From Octopus vulgaris (Eukaryota), in assembly GCA_951406725.2 (NCBI GenBank), contig OX597831.1, forward strand, positions 42,284,001-42,348,000: a DNA stretch of 64,000 nt. Reading direction: 5' to 3'. The notes under the pieces were generated by a model, which worked only from the letters and a program-made list of their open reading frames with translations, was not told the origin of the DNA and did no database searches. Both the position numbers and the translations under genes were made by a program. Positions 1 to 11,804 of the stretch are shown here, one piece after another (the first letter of the stretch is position 1; each line of letters opens with the position of its first letter).

Positions 1-79
1 GCCTGCTTGTTGTTCATACACCTGTCTTCATCTTTTGTTTTAATATAAATTTCAACTGTATGTGTGTGTTGGGTGTGTG

Positions 80-108
<29 letters not shown>

Positions 109-110
<2 letters not shown>

Positions 111-399
111 CACGTGACTGACCAGACCATCAGATATTGCTACACATCGCTGGTTACAATGCGTTTGCATTGTTTTAGCCTTCGAATGACGCCACTCCGC
201 TGGCTAAGCGAGCAGGCCAACAGAAGAAAGAGTGAGAGAAAGAGTGGCTCCGGCAGGGATCACCACCCCCTGCCGGAGCCTCGTGGAGCTTTTTAGGTGT
301 TTTAGCTCAATAAACACACACAACGCCCGGTCTGGGAATTGAAACCGCGATCATACGATGGCGAGTCCGCTGCCCTAACCACTGGGCCATTGCGCCTCC
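109..399 (-). mobile_element. SINE family C (tRNA-derived head)
   Basis: Minus strand starts ggaggcgcaatggcccagtggttagggcagcggactcgc...gtttcaattcc (A/B boxes). Copies at 63374-63621(-), about 24265-24527(-), about 35580-35790(+). Confidence 0.85.
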
Positions 400-418
400 A
401 CACGTGTATGTATATATA

Positions 419-584
419 TTAAAGCTGTAAAATTTTCACAAAACTATTACTCAGAGTTTCATGTTCCTGTGTGTCAGACAGTTGTGATGAATACTGACCC
501 AAGATCACGATTTTAATTGAGTGTTCATCACAACTGTGAATGGGAAACTCTGAGTAACAGTTTGTGACAATTTTGCAGCTTTAA
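419..584. repeat. Imperfect fold-back
   Basis: ttaaagctg...ttactcagagtttc...acagttgtgatgaa / ttcatcacaactgt...gaaactctgagtaa...cagctttaa. Confidence 0.85.
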
Positions 585-1114
585 CAAAAGCATATTGCTC
601 TACCTTTAGCATTCAAATACTATTTTTTCCCACCTTGTTTTGCATTTATGTGCTTACTTGTGTATATATGTATGTGTGTGTGTATGTGTATATATATATG
701 TGAAACCATGATGATATTTTGGTTGTTGACTGACGAGGAAAATTCAACTACAAATATTCCATGTATTGTGTCCTTGTCTATATTCCCTGTCTGTTAAGTT
801 TGCGTCTTGTTTTCTGTTGTGTTACTTGTTGTGTTCTGTCTGTTCAATCATTTATGCATATATACATATATAGTTCAAATTTATAGAAAACAAAAGACAA
901 AAACAGTTGAGGGAACAACAAACAGGTATATTAGTTTGACACTTGGGGGAAAAATGGGAAAAATCTTTGACATTTTGAACCTACGCACTTCAACAGTAAG
1001 GATCGAGAGGTAAAAAATGGAGAGAGAGAGAGAACGGAAAAAAAAAAACAGAAAAAAAAATGTCTAGGGAGTAACAGTTTGACATGATAAATTGGAATGA
1101 AACATATATATTTG

Positions 1115-1162
<48 letters not shown>

Positions 1163-1302
1163 TATATAGGTATGTTGGTGCAAGCAAGAAAAATAGAACT
1201 CAAATTATGAGTATGTGTATATTTTTTATTAATATTTAGTTTGATAAGTGCCAATGCATGAAATTCTCGAACCTTGAGTCACTCTGTTACATCTGCTACA
1301 TA

Positions 1303-1337
<35 letters not shown>

Positions 1338-1530
1338 AGAGAGAGAGAGAGCACTTCTTAGTTTTACTCTTGAATAAAATAATTATCAGATGAACTCATT
1401 GATTGATTTAATGATTTGTTTATATGCTTTGTGATGACAAATGAACTAAATAATTAACAACCTGTCTGATGTATATATTCTCTCCCTGCTCTAATGTTAC
1501 TGTAAAAATGGTATTGTGTGTGTATATATA

Positions 1531-1569
<39 letters not shown>

Positions 1570-1577
1570 ACACACAG

Positions 1578-1632
<55 letters not shown>

Positions 1633-1928
1633 AGATATTGTTATATTTTTCAGTTTCAGGAAACATTGTTTTTTATTTTATATTTTTTTTTTTATATAGA
1701 TAAGATACAGCTAATTAACTAAATTAACTGTTATCTACATGATGAAGCTATGCTTCATTCCTCCTTTATGAAATTAAATACCATTTTTTTTCTCTCTTCT
1801 CTTTGCCTTGTCAAGATGTTTTCTTGTAAACCTAATTGGCTGATCACATGGTCAAGCTGGCTATTTTACAGATTGTGCCACCCCAATTGTTATTGCTGTT
1901 ACTTATTTTTGTCTTCTTTCACAACCAG

Positions 1929-2016
1929 GTACAGCACCATCTACAGGCTTTACCGCTCCTATTATACCAGTCGATGCTCCTCAAGTTCGATCAGGGTCTT
2001 TCTCAATGAATCAAAG
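1929..2016 (+). CDS. ITSN1: Intersectin exon a (EH1-EH2 linker: GTAPSTGFTAPIIPVDAPQVRSGSFSMNQ)
   Basis: Pyrimidine tract + acaaccag acceptor; AAG|gtaaat donor; open frame; phase-2 exit matches the next exon. Low-complexity linker, so weaker homology support. Confidence 0.75.
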
Positions 2017-4242
2017 GTAAATATTTCAATTCCCTAAAAAATAGCCCATCAAATTTGTGGAAAAAAAAAAAAAGGAATAATTCTACATTTTTATTTTTTG
2101 TTTTCGTTTTTTATTGAGCTAGATTGAGAGAAATAAGTGTGTGTGTGTTTATATGTGTGTGTGAAGGCATATTGCTGAGTGGTTTGGATGTTCACTTCTT
2201 GGACTGGGTGCAGTAAATTGTGTTTTGAGCAGAAACACTTCATTTCATGTTCTCTAGTCCACTCAGCTTAAGTGAGAAACCCCATGGTGAACTCGTCTTC
2301 CAATAAGGTGGAATATTGGTCTGCTTGCCTAGCTAAAACGATGCACCAGTGATGTGACCAGTGATGAATAACATACAATACTCTGGTCAATCATGTGATC
2401 ACGTTGCATGTGTGCATGCGTGTGTGTGTATATATATATATATATGAAGAAAGATGGAAGAATTATTTAAGAGTCAGAATACCTTGTGGTTGCCCTTTGA
2501 TCTGAGTTCAAATCCTGGCCAACTTTATCTTTATTCTTTCAAAGTACACAAATAAATGACCAGTCCAGTACTGGGAATGATTCTTCTCTCTCTCTCTCTC
2601 TCTCTCTAGCTGGGCTACCATTGCACAGGTTGTATGCATGAATATGCGGCTGATTATGTCATTATATTGACCCACCCTTTCCCCTGTTGGGTTGTCCGAA
2701 TGATTAGCACTTTGAATAAAATGCCTAGCAGTATTTCTTCTGACTTGTTATGTGCTGATTTCCAATTCTGCCGAGGTCAGCAGAGCTTTTCACCTTCCCA
2801 GAGTTAATGAAATGAAGTACCAGTCAGATACTGCGGTTGACGTAAATGATCAGCTTCCTCCTTTTAAATTGCTGGCCTTGTGCCAAAATGTAAATTCCAC
2901 TCCCCCTCCCACCACCAGTACTATGGTTCTCCATTATTTCATTAATCCCTAGGTGGCAAGCTGGTAGAATCATTAGCAAAGTTAGATGAAATGCTTTGCA
3001 GCGTTTCTTCTAAATTTCTAAGGTCTGGGTCCAAATTCCACCAATGGCAAATTTACCTGTCACCCTTTCGGGGTCAATAAAAGTATGTACCAGCTGATCA
3101 ATGTAATCGACTGACCCTGTCACTGCTTTATCGGCTCCAGAAGGCTGAAAGGTAAAGAAAACCACAGCATAATATGGACTCCTTTTATTGAGAGATGTAA
3201 GCACAAGGCATCTGTCCTTTACTCTTGTAATTCTGCCACTCCCCAACATTCATGTATCCCATAATTAATGCTATGTAGAAATACTTCACCATCAGCCATT
3301 GTATTTCACAACATTCACTGTTACATCTGAAGTTGTTTATCCCTTACTTAACGGTGGGTAATCAATATTTCAATGATAAACCAGAAGCTATAGGCTTTTG
3401 TTTTTAATGAATAGTTAGGGATGCACTTTTACAGGTATTTGTTTTGTTGAATTGGCTACACACACGTATGTGTGTTTGTTTGTTTGTATGTGTGTGTGTG
3501 TTTGTATGAGTGTGTGTTGTGTGTATATTTTAGGGAATATATCTTTTCTGTGAGTGTGTGTTTGTATAGTTGTGTATGTGTGTTTATGGAATGCATCTTT
3601 TATGCGAATGTGTATGTATAGAGTGTGTGTGTTTGGGAAATGTATGTTTTATGTGAGCGTGTATGTATGTGTGTTTTCATTAATTTGTGTATGTTTAGTA
3701 TGTGTGTTTATGTTATGTGTGTGTTTGTCTCTGCTTTTAAGTGTGTGAGTGTGTGTATTTTGTATTTATATTTTAGTATTATGTATATTTGGTATGCATA
3801 TATTTGGTGTGTATGTTTGTTTACACACATAAGTATATGCGTATGTGTTGGTGTATGTATGTATGTGTTTGTGGTTTTGTGTTGGTGTATGTGGGTGTGT
3901 TCAGGAGATTCGTCAAAACTCTTCCTTTACATAAAGCACTCTCTGTGACTGTGAAATACAAGATCCATTATTTCAACAGTTAAACTGATTCATGATCCAT
4001 TGATCTCGGTTGTATTCACTCCGTGTGTGTGTGTCTTTTTTTGACTTTCTGTGGGTGTAGGTGTAGTGCCTATTATGGTAAACACACACCGCACCTACTT
4101 ACATTGTTTCATATTATATACATTCAATACCGATTGCATTCAAGTCACATTTTTAACTCTGTGTGTGTCAGAGAGAGACAAAGTTATTGAGATCTATTTG
4201 ATTAGCAGGATGTGTGTGTGTGTGTGTGTGTGTGTAGTGAAA

Positions 4243-4258
4243 TGCTAATGCGTATACT

Positions 4259-4299
<41 letters not shown>

Positions 4300-4563
4300 C
4301 AGAAAAACAAAAGACGAAGACAGGTGTATAAACAACAATATATATACACATATACACATATATGTACACATACATACACACACACATATGTATATATATA
4401 TATATATGCATATATATATAATATATATATGTGTGTGTGTATGTATGTGTACATATATGTGTATATGTGTATATATATTGTTGTTTATACACCTGTCTTC
4501 GCTTTGTTTTTCTGTAACTATATATATATATATATATATATATAAACAGTATACGCATTAGCA
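4243..4563. repeat. ~320-bp near-perfect palindrome
   Basis: tgctaatgcgtatactgttt...cagaaaaacaaaagacgaagacaggtgtataaacaac mirrored around about 4403. Confidence 0.93.
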
Positions 4564-4618
4564 CACACATATATATATGCATATATATATATATATATAC
4601 ATACATACATACATACAT

Positions 4619-4654
<36 letters not shown>

Positions 4655-4657
<3 letters not shown>

Positions 4658-5773
4658 ATATGCAAAGTCCCTTCCAGACCTAGAATTACGTGGTGGTGGA
4701 ATAGTGCAGTAGATAAAGCCATCTGTGAAAAGAGACGGGCCTGGAAAGCCTGGAAGGATGGGGGCAGCAGGGAACTGTACCAGATAGCCAAAAGGGAGGC
4801 TGGGCGGCAGGTATACATTGCCAAAGATGTAGCAGAAAAGAAGAAGTTTGCCAATGTCCAGCGTCGCGAGGATCAAAGAGCTGAAGTATTTCGGATTGCC
4901 AGACAGTGTGTCAGAGAAAATAGCGATGTTATAGGAGAGAAATGTGTCCGCATGGATGATGGGGCACTTGCTTTTACTACTAGTGAAAAGAAAGAGGCTT
5001 GGAGAAGCCATTATGAAAGACTGCTGAATGAGGAGAATGAATGGGAGGAGGAGAGCCTGCCAAATGTTGACCCAGTAGAGGGACCAGCTACCCGAATAGA
5101 CAGCTCCCTTGTAGATAAGGCAATTAAGGATATGAAACCAGGCAAAGCCCCTGGCCTATCAGGAATCACTGCTGAGATGCTTAAAACAGCTGGCTATGTG
5201 GGCCATGCCATAGTCACCCGCATTGTAAACCAGGTAGTTCACAATGGAGCCATACCCAATGACTGGTGCAGCAGTACCATAGTCAACTGCTACAAGGGTA
5301 AGGGTGATGCTCTAGATAGAAATAACTACAGAGGTATCAAACTGTTGGACCAGGTGATGAAGGTCTCAGAGAAGGTCATAACCAATCTCATTAGGGAGAG
5401 AATTTGTTTAGATGAAATGCAGTTCGGTTTTGTACCAGGTAGAAGCACCACTGATGCTATATTCCTGGTTCGACAACTGCAGGAGAAGTACCTAGCTAAA
5501 GATAAACCCCTCTACATAGCTTTTGTAGACTTGGAGAAAGCCTTTGACAGGGTTCCCCGTTCCCTTATCTGGTGGTACTACAAAGACCCGGGCTGCTTTC
5601 TGCAGCAATTCCACATACCCCCTACCCATTCTAAGTACCCTGGATCCCCAAAGTACCCTGGAAGATTCAGACTGGAGCCTGGAGCGGCCCCTGGCTTCCC
5701 AGACCCGGTCAAACCGTCCAACCCGTGCTAGCGCGGAAAGCGGATGTTAAACGATGATGATGATGATGATGAT
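4655..5773 (+). mobile_element. RTE-clade LINE, 5'-truncated and internally deleted (RT N-half fused to 3' tail)
   Basis: Open frame with WWWN, KAPG, NYRGIKLL, QFGF..GRSTTDAIF, AFVDLEKAFD; the frame loses homology at about 5575 before the QG/YADD motifs; ends gtcaaaccgtccaaccc...gttaaac(gat)n. Confidence 0.92.
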
Positions 5774-6552
5774 ATGCACACGTACACACTAATTATGCGT
5801 GAATTATTTGTGAATATTGCTATAGGCACAGGTGTGACTGTGTGGTTAAGAAGATTGCTTCCCGACCACTTGGTTCTAGGTTCAGTCCCACTGCGTGGCA
5901 TCATGTGCAAGTGTTTACTGTTATGGCCCTGAACTGACCAAAGCCTTGTCAGTGGACTTGGTAGATGGAAACTGAAAGCAGCCTGTCATATGCATGTGTG
6001 TATATGTGTGTGTTTGTGTGTGAGTTGGTGTTCCCTTGCTTTGACATTGTGCGTTTGTTGTGAGTGCCACCAAGATCCAGGCAGTGTCCTTTGCTTCCAG
6101 TTTTCTGTGAAACCATGTCTGGTCACAGCTGAAGAAAAAGAAAAGTGACCCCTTACTTGGAATCAGGTGAGGATTAGTGACAGGAAGGGCTTCCCGTCAT
6201 AGAAACTTTGTCTCAACAAATTCCATTTGACCCATTCAAGTATGGAAAAGTGGATTTTAAAATGATAATCTTGGTGATGTGTGTGGGGGGGGCCATTGGT
6301 TAGTGTATCCTATCCCTGTTTAAGACAGTGAGTGTGATTTGAAGAAGATTTGGTTGCTATTTCTTGCAGTTTGAACAAATTACATATTGGGCTCTTTGTC
6401 CAGTTGTCTGTCTTGTCTTTTCCTAATCCTCCTCCCATCAATAGATGTTGACTATCTTCTTTAATTGTAAAGAAACTTATTTTATCACTTTTCATAATAA
6501 CGGTTTAACCACTTTGTGTCGTGTTATTTTATGTTCAAAATTTCTTTTCAAG

Positions 6553-6650
6553 CCCTGCTCCTTCACCATGGGTGATAACACCACAGAAAAAACAACAATA
6601 TGTACAGATGTTTGCTACACAGGATCGAAACCAACAGGGATATATCATGG
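6553..6650 (+). CDS. ITSN1: Intersectin exon b (start of EH2: PAPSPWVITPQKKQQYVQMFATQDRNQQGYIM)
   Basis: ttttcaag acceptor, G|gtgagt donor; EH-domain W..Y...F...D....GYI pattern; phase 2 in, 1 out. Confidence 0.9.
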
Positions 6651-7493
6651 GTGAGTCATTGAATCTGTCTAAATTTGTCTTTTCTTTTCACTAAAATGGT
6701 ATGGTGAAGTTTGAGAAAAATTTGCTGTTATTTCCACCAAGTCAAATGACCACTTTGAGGCCTTCTTGTTGAGTTAGTCCAGTATATTTGTCCTCTTGTC
6801 AATATGTGCCAGTGTTTGAAAATTTGCTGCTCTTTTTAATGTATGCTTACATATTTAGTTCTTTTTGTTTAGCCATAAGTGTAGTCCTGATCATGCAGAC
6901 CTATAATCAAAGATGTTCCATGCATGACTAGCCTGTCTTATTTTTCATGCTGTGAGGAGTATCCAGCTGTAGAAATTGTGCCAAAGTGAACATTGAAAGT
7001 CAGCACAGTCCTCTGGCTTGTCTGCTCTTGTTAAACCATCCATCCATCCCAAAAACTGTTAAATGATGAGGATGATGATGTGTGTAGTACCATGTTATTT
7101 AATATAACTGTCTGTTTTTAAACAGTGGGCCTGATTTGAGGGCAATTTGGCTGCTTTTTCTTGTTGATCACTTGACATTGTAGAGGCTTGCGTTCTCATT
7201 GCCTCACTTATTTTATAAGTGTCACTGCAAAGAAAGCAAATATAATTGTGGAACAGAGCCCTTCACCTGAGATTTGTATTTTAACATAGTATTTTCTCTA
7301 GTTTACCAATTGATAAATCACACACTGTTAGTTAAGTTCTTGAATTTTGTGATGTAAAAGGATGAAAGAAGTTAGAAGTTCTCTGCTAATTTCTGCTAAC
7401 TTTGTTCTCTGAGTGACAAATAGCCATGTCATGGGTTCAATTTCTCTGATGTTGCTGTGAACAAAATAAATCAATAGTTTATCTATTAATTAA

Positions 7494-7928
7494 CCTTTTT
7501 TTTAACCATATTTCTGTTGAAATAGACTATTTTTGATTCAGAAATATTGAAGAATTTAGTCAAATAACTTTGTAATTATCTAATGGTACTTTGAAACATG
7601 AATAAACTCAAAGTTTTGATAGGAGGTTTTAATTTAGATAATTTCAAAACAAAAAGTCTGTCCAATAAAATTAACCCTTTAGCATTCACATTACTCTGTC
7701 AAATATAATGCTTATAAATTCACATTGTTTTGAATTAATCATGCTTATCTCATAATTTCAAGATTTCAGTGATGTGATTGTATATTTTTAGAAGGATATT
7801 GTAGGATAAATGTGAGAAGCCAACTCTGGCTGGTTTGAACATAAAACAGATAGAATATTTTGGCAGAATACGGCTGATTTAAATGCTAAAGGGTTAAAAG
7901 AATTTTGGCTGGGTTGGTGTCAGAAGGG
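7494..7928. mobile_element. TTAA-flanked piggyBac-like MITE with a second MITE family nested at 7675-7893
   Basis: Outer ttaa|cctttt...agaaggg|ttaa; inner ttaa|ccctttagcatt...aatgctaaaggg|ttaa. Confidence 0.8.
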
Positions 7929-7981
7929 TTAATATCTCCTTGTTGCAAATCATTTTCATCTTATTGTGATTTCTGTTTCAG

Positions 7982-8045
7982 GTGTTGATGCTCGCCCTTT
8001 GCTACTTAATTCTGGTTTACCACAACCTATTCTTGCTCAAATTTG
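7982..8045 (+). CDS. ITSN1: Intersectin exon c (EH2: GVDARPLLLNSGLPQPILAQIW)
   Basis: tttcag acceptor, TG|gtaaat donor; EH signature SGLP..LAQIW; phase 1 in, 2 out. Confidence 0.93.
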
Positions 8046-8625
8046 GTAAATATATTCACCTTTTTATTATTATCATCATCTTATCTTTCATCCTTTCAAG
8101 GTTGATAAAATAAGTATCGGTCTAGTACTGGGGTCAATATACTCAACTAACCCCCTTAGAGCTGGTAGAAATGTTAGCACATTCGATAAAATGCTTAGCA
8201 GCATTTCCTCTGCTTTTACTTTTTGAGTTCAAATTCTTCAAAGGTCAGTTTGACTTTCCTTCCTTTTGGAGTCGATGCAATAAGTACCAGTTGAGCACTG
8301 GGGTTAACGTAATCGGCTGATCTTCTCCCCACAAATTTCAGGCCTTATGCTACCTATAGTAGAAAGTATTCTCATTATTCTGGCCGTGTGCCAAAATTTG
8401 GGACCATTATTATTATTATTATTTTAGAGTCTTCATCATAGGCTTAATGCCAGTGTTTCCATAAGTATCTGATGTTTTATCTGGCAGGATTGTAATTGAC
8501 ATTAGAGCTCTTCCTTATGTCAGTTAGTCTGGGATGTGTGCATATGTGAAAGAGAAAACCCTTTACTATTGTTGATATATGACAGACCCCTGTGGTGCTG
8601 GTGTCACAATAAAATGCATCCAAAA

Positions 8626-8999
8626 TCTCTATATATATAAACGGCAAAATGTCTGTGTGTGTGTATCCTTTATACAAATCCATAATTTTTCAGTTAACGG
8701 GCTCGCACTTTCTATGGTCATTCAAAACCGTCCAAAGGTGGTCGTGCACATCTTTACATTTCCCCAGTCACCACGCAAAGCCATTAAAAAATCAATAGAA
8801 GTTACTTTTTTGTGAATTTTCTATCCAAAACCCAATCAAAATGCCCGAAACTTGATACGCCAATTGAATGCCAGCTAGCTGTATGTGATTGGTCGGAGAT
8901 TTGGACAGTATTCGCGTGTATGTGCGCACACACGCACGCACGCAGCTGTATATGCATGCACTAGCACTGTGACCCGGCGTTGCCGGGTCATAGTGCTAG
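8626..8999 (+). mobile_element. Non-autonomous Helitron
   Basis: 5' TC, 3' GC-rich hairpin, terminal CTAG; inserted between A and T with no TSD; removing it rejoins an RTE-tail-like sequence (gcatccaaaa|tactctacaaaatggttgg). Confidence 0.88.
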
Positions 9000-10719
9000 T
9001 ACTCTACAAAATGGTTGGTGATAGGAAGATTATCACTCCTTTTTGGTAAACTGTTTGTGACATACGATCCTGCAACTTATCTAGAAAGGTAGTAAATTAC
9101 TAGGATAGTGATGAACTGATGAAACCATGCTATCATGGAAATTGTCCTTTCACCTCCATTTCATAAAAAGAAACTGATGGGATAAGTATCAGGCCTAAAA
9201 ATATGTACTAGGGTTGATTTGTTTCACTAAACCCTTTAAGACTGCTCTAGCATGTTCGCAGTCCAATGATTGAAGCAAAGTAAAATATAAAAGATTATCT
9301 AGTGTATCCATTTCTTGTTTGAGATGGATGTAATTTGAGGAAGATTTGGCTGCTATATCTTGCAAAATGAGCGACCAAGTAGAGGCTGCCTTATTGACAA
9401 ACCAGCAATGCTATAGATAGAAGAACAGAAGGAAGGAGTAAAAAGTAATGGTCAGATGAGGGTTAGCATAGAAAGAAGAAGGGAAGAGTTGTGCATGGTG
9501 GAAAGAAATGTTGTCTATCATATAGAGGAGTAGGAAGAGGAGAGGTTATATTGACAATATTGATGATGGTTAAAAGAATGTTATCTGAAATTGTAAATAT
9601 TGAACGCGTATCTCATGGTGACTTCTGCTTTATCATCCATCAGCCTTTCACTGTGATCTAATTACAAAATCCAATTATCTCATCTCAAGTCTTTCAGCAG
9701 CCTCTTGCTCGTTTGTAAAGAAAGTGCTTTTCCTTTCTTTTCGTTTTTATTTTCCTTTTCTTCCCACCTACTTTTTTTTTTGCCTTTTTATCGCATACTT
9801 TTCCTTTTTTCTGTTTTGTCTATTCTTTTCCTTTTTACTTTTTGTTTTTCATCTTTTTCTTTTCCTTTCATTTTTTTTCTTCATTTTCCTCTCTACCATT
9901 TCTGTTCTTTTTCTTTTCTTTTCCTTTACTGATTTTGTTTCTTCTTCAGTTTCTCACTTTTGTTCTTCATAACAACAGCTTCTGTGTTTTAGCTTTAATC
10001 ATCAGTGTTCCTTCACCAATAAAAGTTCCTTAGGAACTAGGGAAATATACGCATCTCAAGATCTTAATTATTTTCACTCTTCCACTTACCTTCTATTCAC
10101 CTTCCTATAATGTGAGGGTACACCCTGATACCATTTCACCACCATCTTCTCCCTATTCTAGCTTGGGTAGCCATGTATCTCCTCTACAGCAGGGCACCAG
10201 CTCCTCTCCCTATATTATATTATATTATATTAAGCTGGCAGAATCGTTAGCGTGCTGGACAGAGTGCTTAGCAGTATTTCATCTGCCATTACATTCTGAG
10301 TTCAAATTCCGCCAAGGTCAACTTTGCCTTTCACCCTTTCGGGGTCGATTAAATAAGTACTAGTTATGCACTGGGTTCAATGTAATTGACTTAATCCTTT
10401 TGTCTGTCCTTGTTTGTCCCCTCTGTGCTTAGCCCCTTGTGGGTAATTAAGAAATATATATTATATTGCAACCTTTTATCATAGGGTATAAAGCCACTTC
10501 CTCAATGCTATAGTCACACTCAATTAAGGGGTCTTGTCTTGCAAGTTACTTGATGCTCCCATTTGTGCTGGTTCCACATAAAAAGCATCCAGTACATTTT
10601 GTAAAGTGGTTGACATTAGGGAGGGCATCCAGCTGTAGAAACCATACAAAAGCAGACACTGCAAAATCATGGAGCACATACATTAAATGATGATGATGGT
10701 AATCATAAGAACCATCAAG

Positions 10720-11231
10720 GAGAACAAATATAGATTGGCTGGCCACATTATGTGAATGAGGGACAACAAATGGACAGTCAAGGTGATTGAATTGGACACC
10801 AAGACAATGTACAAGATCTAGAGACTGATCAAAGGCAAGATAGTAAGATAATCTCACCCACTAACTGGAGACTACATGGGTATGACTGGCCAGAGACAGT
10901 CAGTGGTGGAAGGAGTCCAGGGAAACTACATGGGTATGAGTGGCCAGAGACAGTCAGTGGTGGAAGGTGTCCAGGGAAACTACATGGGTATGACTGGCCA
11001 GAGACAGTCAGTGGTTGAAGGAGTCCAGGGAAATTACATGGGTATGACTGGCCAGAGACAGTCAGTGGTGGAAGGAGTCCAGGGAAACTACATGGGTATG
11101 ACTGGCCAGAGACAGTCAGTGGTGGAAGGAGTCCAGGGAAACTACATGGGTATGACTGGCCAGAGACAGTCAGTGGTGGAAGGGTTCCTCCTATGGGAGC
11201 AATGAAGCCCTGGATATTGGATGGTGATGAT
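10720..11231 (+). mobile_element. RTE-like LINE C-terminal remnant containing a 54-bp minisatellite
   Basis: Decayed AGHIM.MRDNKWT...WTPR motifs; ends in gatggtgatgat. Confidence 0.65.
10867..11183. repeat. 54-bp tandem repeat, about 5.9 near-identical copies
   Basis: Unit ggaaactacatgggtatgactggccagagacagtcagtggtggaaggagtccag starting at 10867, 10921, 10975, 11029, 11083, 11137. Confidence 0.97.
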
Positions 11232-11388
11232 CTGGTTGAGGAAATTTCACTGCTATTTCTAGTAAACTGTATAACCACATCACAACTCCTATATTTACTT
11301 CGTATGCGCATGTGTGTGTTTGTATGTGTATATGCGAAGACTTGACGAAAAGTTTGTCTAATTAATATTCTATTTTCTGAAATTTCAG

Positions 11389-11585
11389 GAACCTGTCGGA
11401 TGTTGATAGTGATGGAAAGCTTTCTTGTGACGAATTTTGCATTGCCATGCATTTGATTGATGTTGCTCGTACTGGTCAACCTTTACCTGCCAAACTACCG
11501 CCTAGTCTGCACCCTTCTACTTCCAATAGAGGAAGTCGCTCAAGTAGCCTCTCTGGACCGAGTGGTTCCCAACCTGGCACACCAG
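11389..11585 (+). CDS. ITSN1: Intersectin exon d (EH2 end: [24 protein letters not shown]...LPAKLPPSL)
   Basis: tttcag acceptor, CAG|gtagga donor; EF-hand DxDxDG..EF..AMHLI typical of EH domains; phase 2 in, 1 out. Confidence 0.95.
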
Positions 11586-11620
11586 GTAGGATTTTCTTAT
11601 CTATAGAGTCTGTTTATCTA

Positions 11621-11666
<46 letters not shown>

Positions 11667-11729
11667 TACACCTACATCACCATTATTATCATCATTTAGT
11701 GTCCATTTTTCATGCTAGCATGGGTTAGA

Positions 11730-11804
11730 TGGTTTGACCATAACTGGTTTGACCATAACTGGTTTGACCATAACTGGTTTGACCATAACTGGTTTGACTG
11801 TAAC
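11730..11804. repeat. 15-bp tandem repeat x5 (tggtttgaccataac) inside an inverted RTE-tail copy
   Basis: Four exact units plus one variant (tggtttgactgtaac). Confidence 0.95.

Noticed and set aside
4202-5011. 269-aa minus-strand ORF
   Set aside because: Antisense of the LINE ORF plus TA/CA microsatellites.
9705-10033. F/L/S-rich membrane-protein-like ORFs (also 13301-13704 and 41097-41856)
   Set aside because: Pyrimidine-rich low-complexity DNA.
10867-11183. CRISPR-like array
   Set aside because: Units are contiguous with no unique spacers; eukaryotic intron; no cas genes.
10829-11479. 216-aa minus-strand ORF and 109-aa plus-strand ORF with 18-aa repeats
   Set aside because: By-products of the 54-bp VNTR and of antisense reading of exon d; no splice or homology support.
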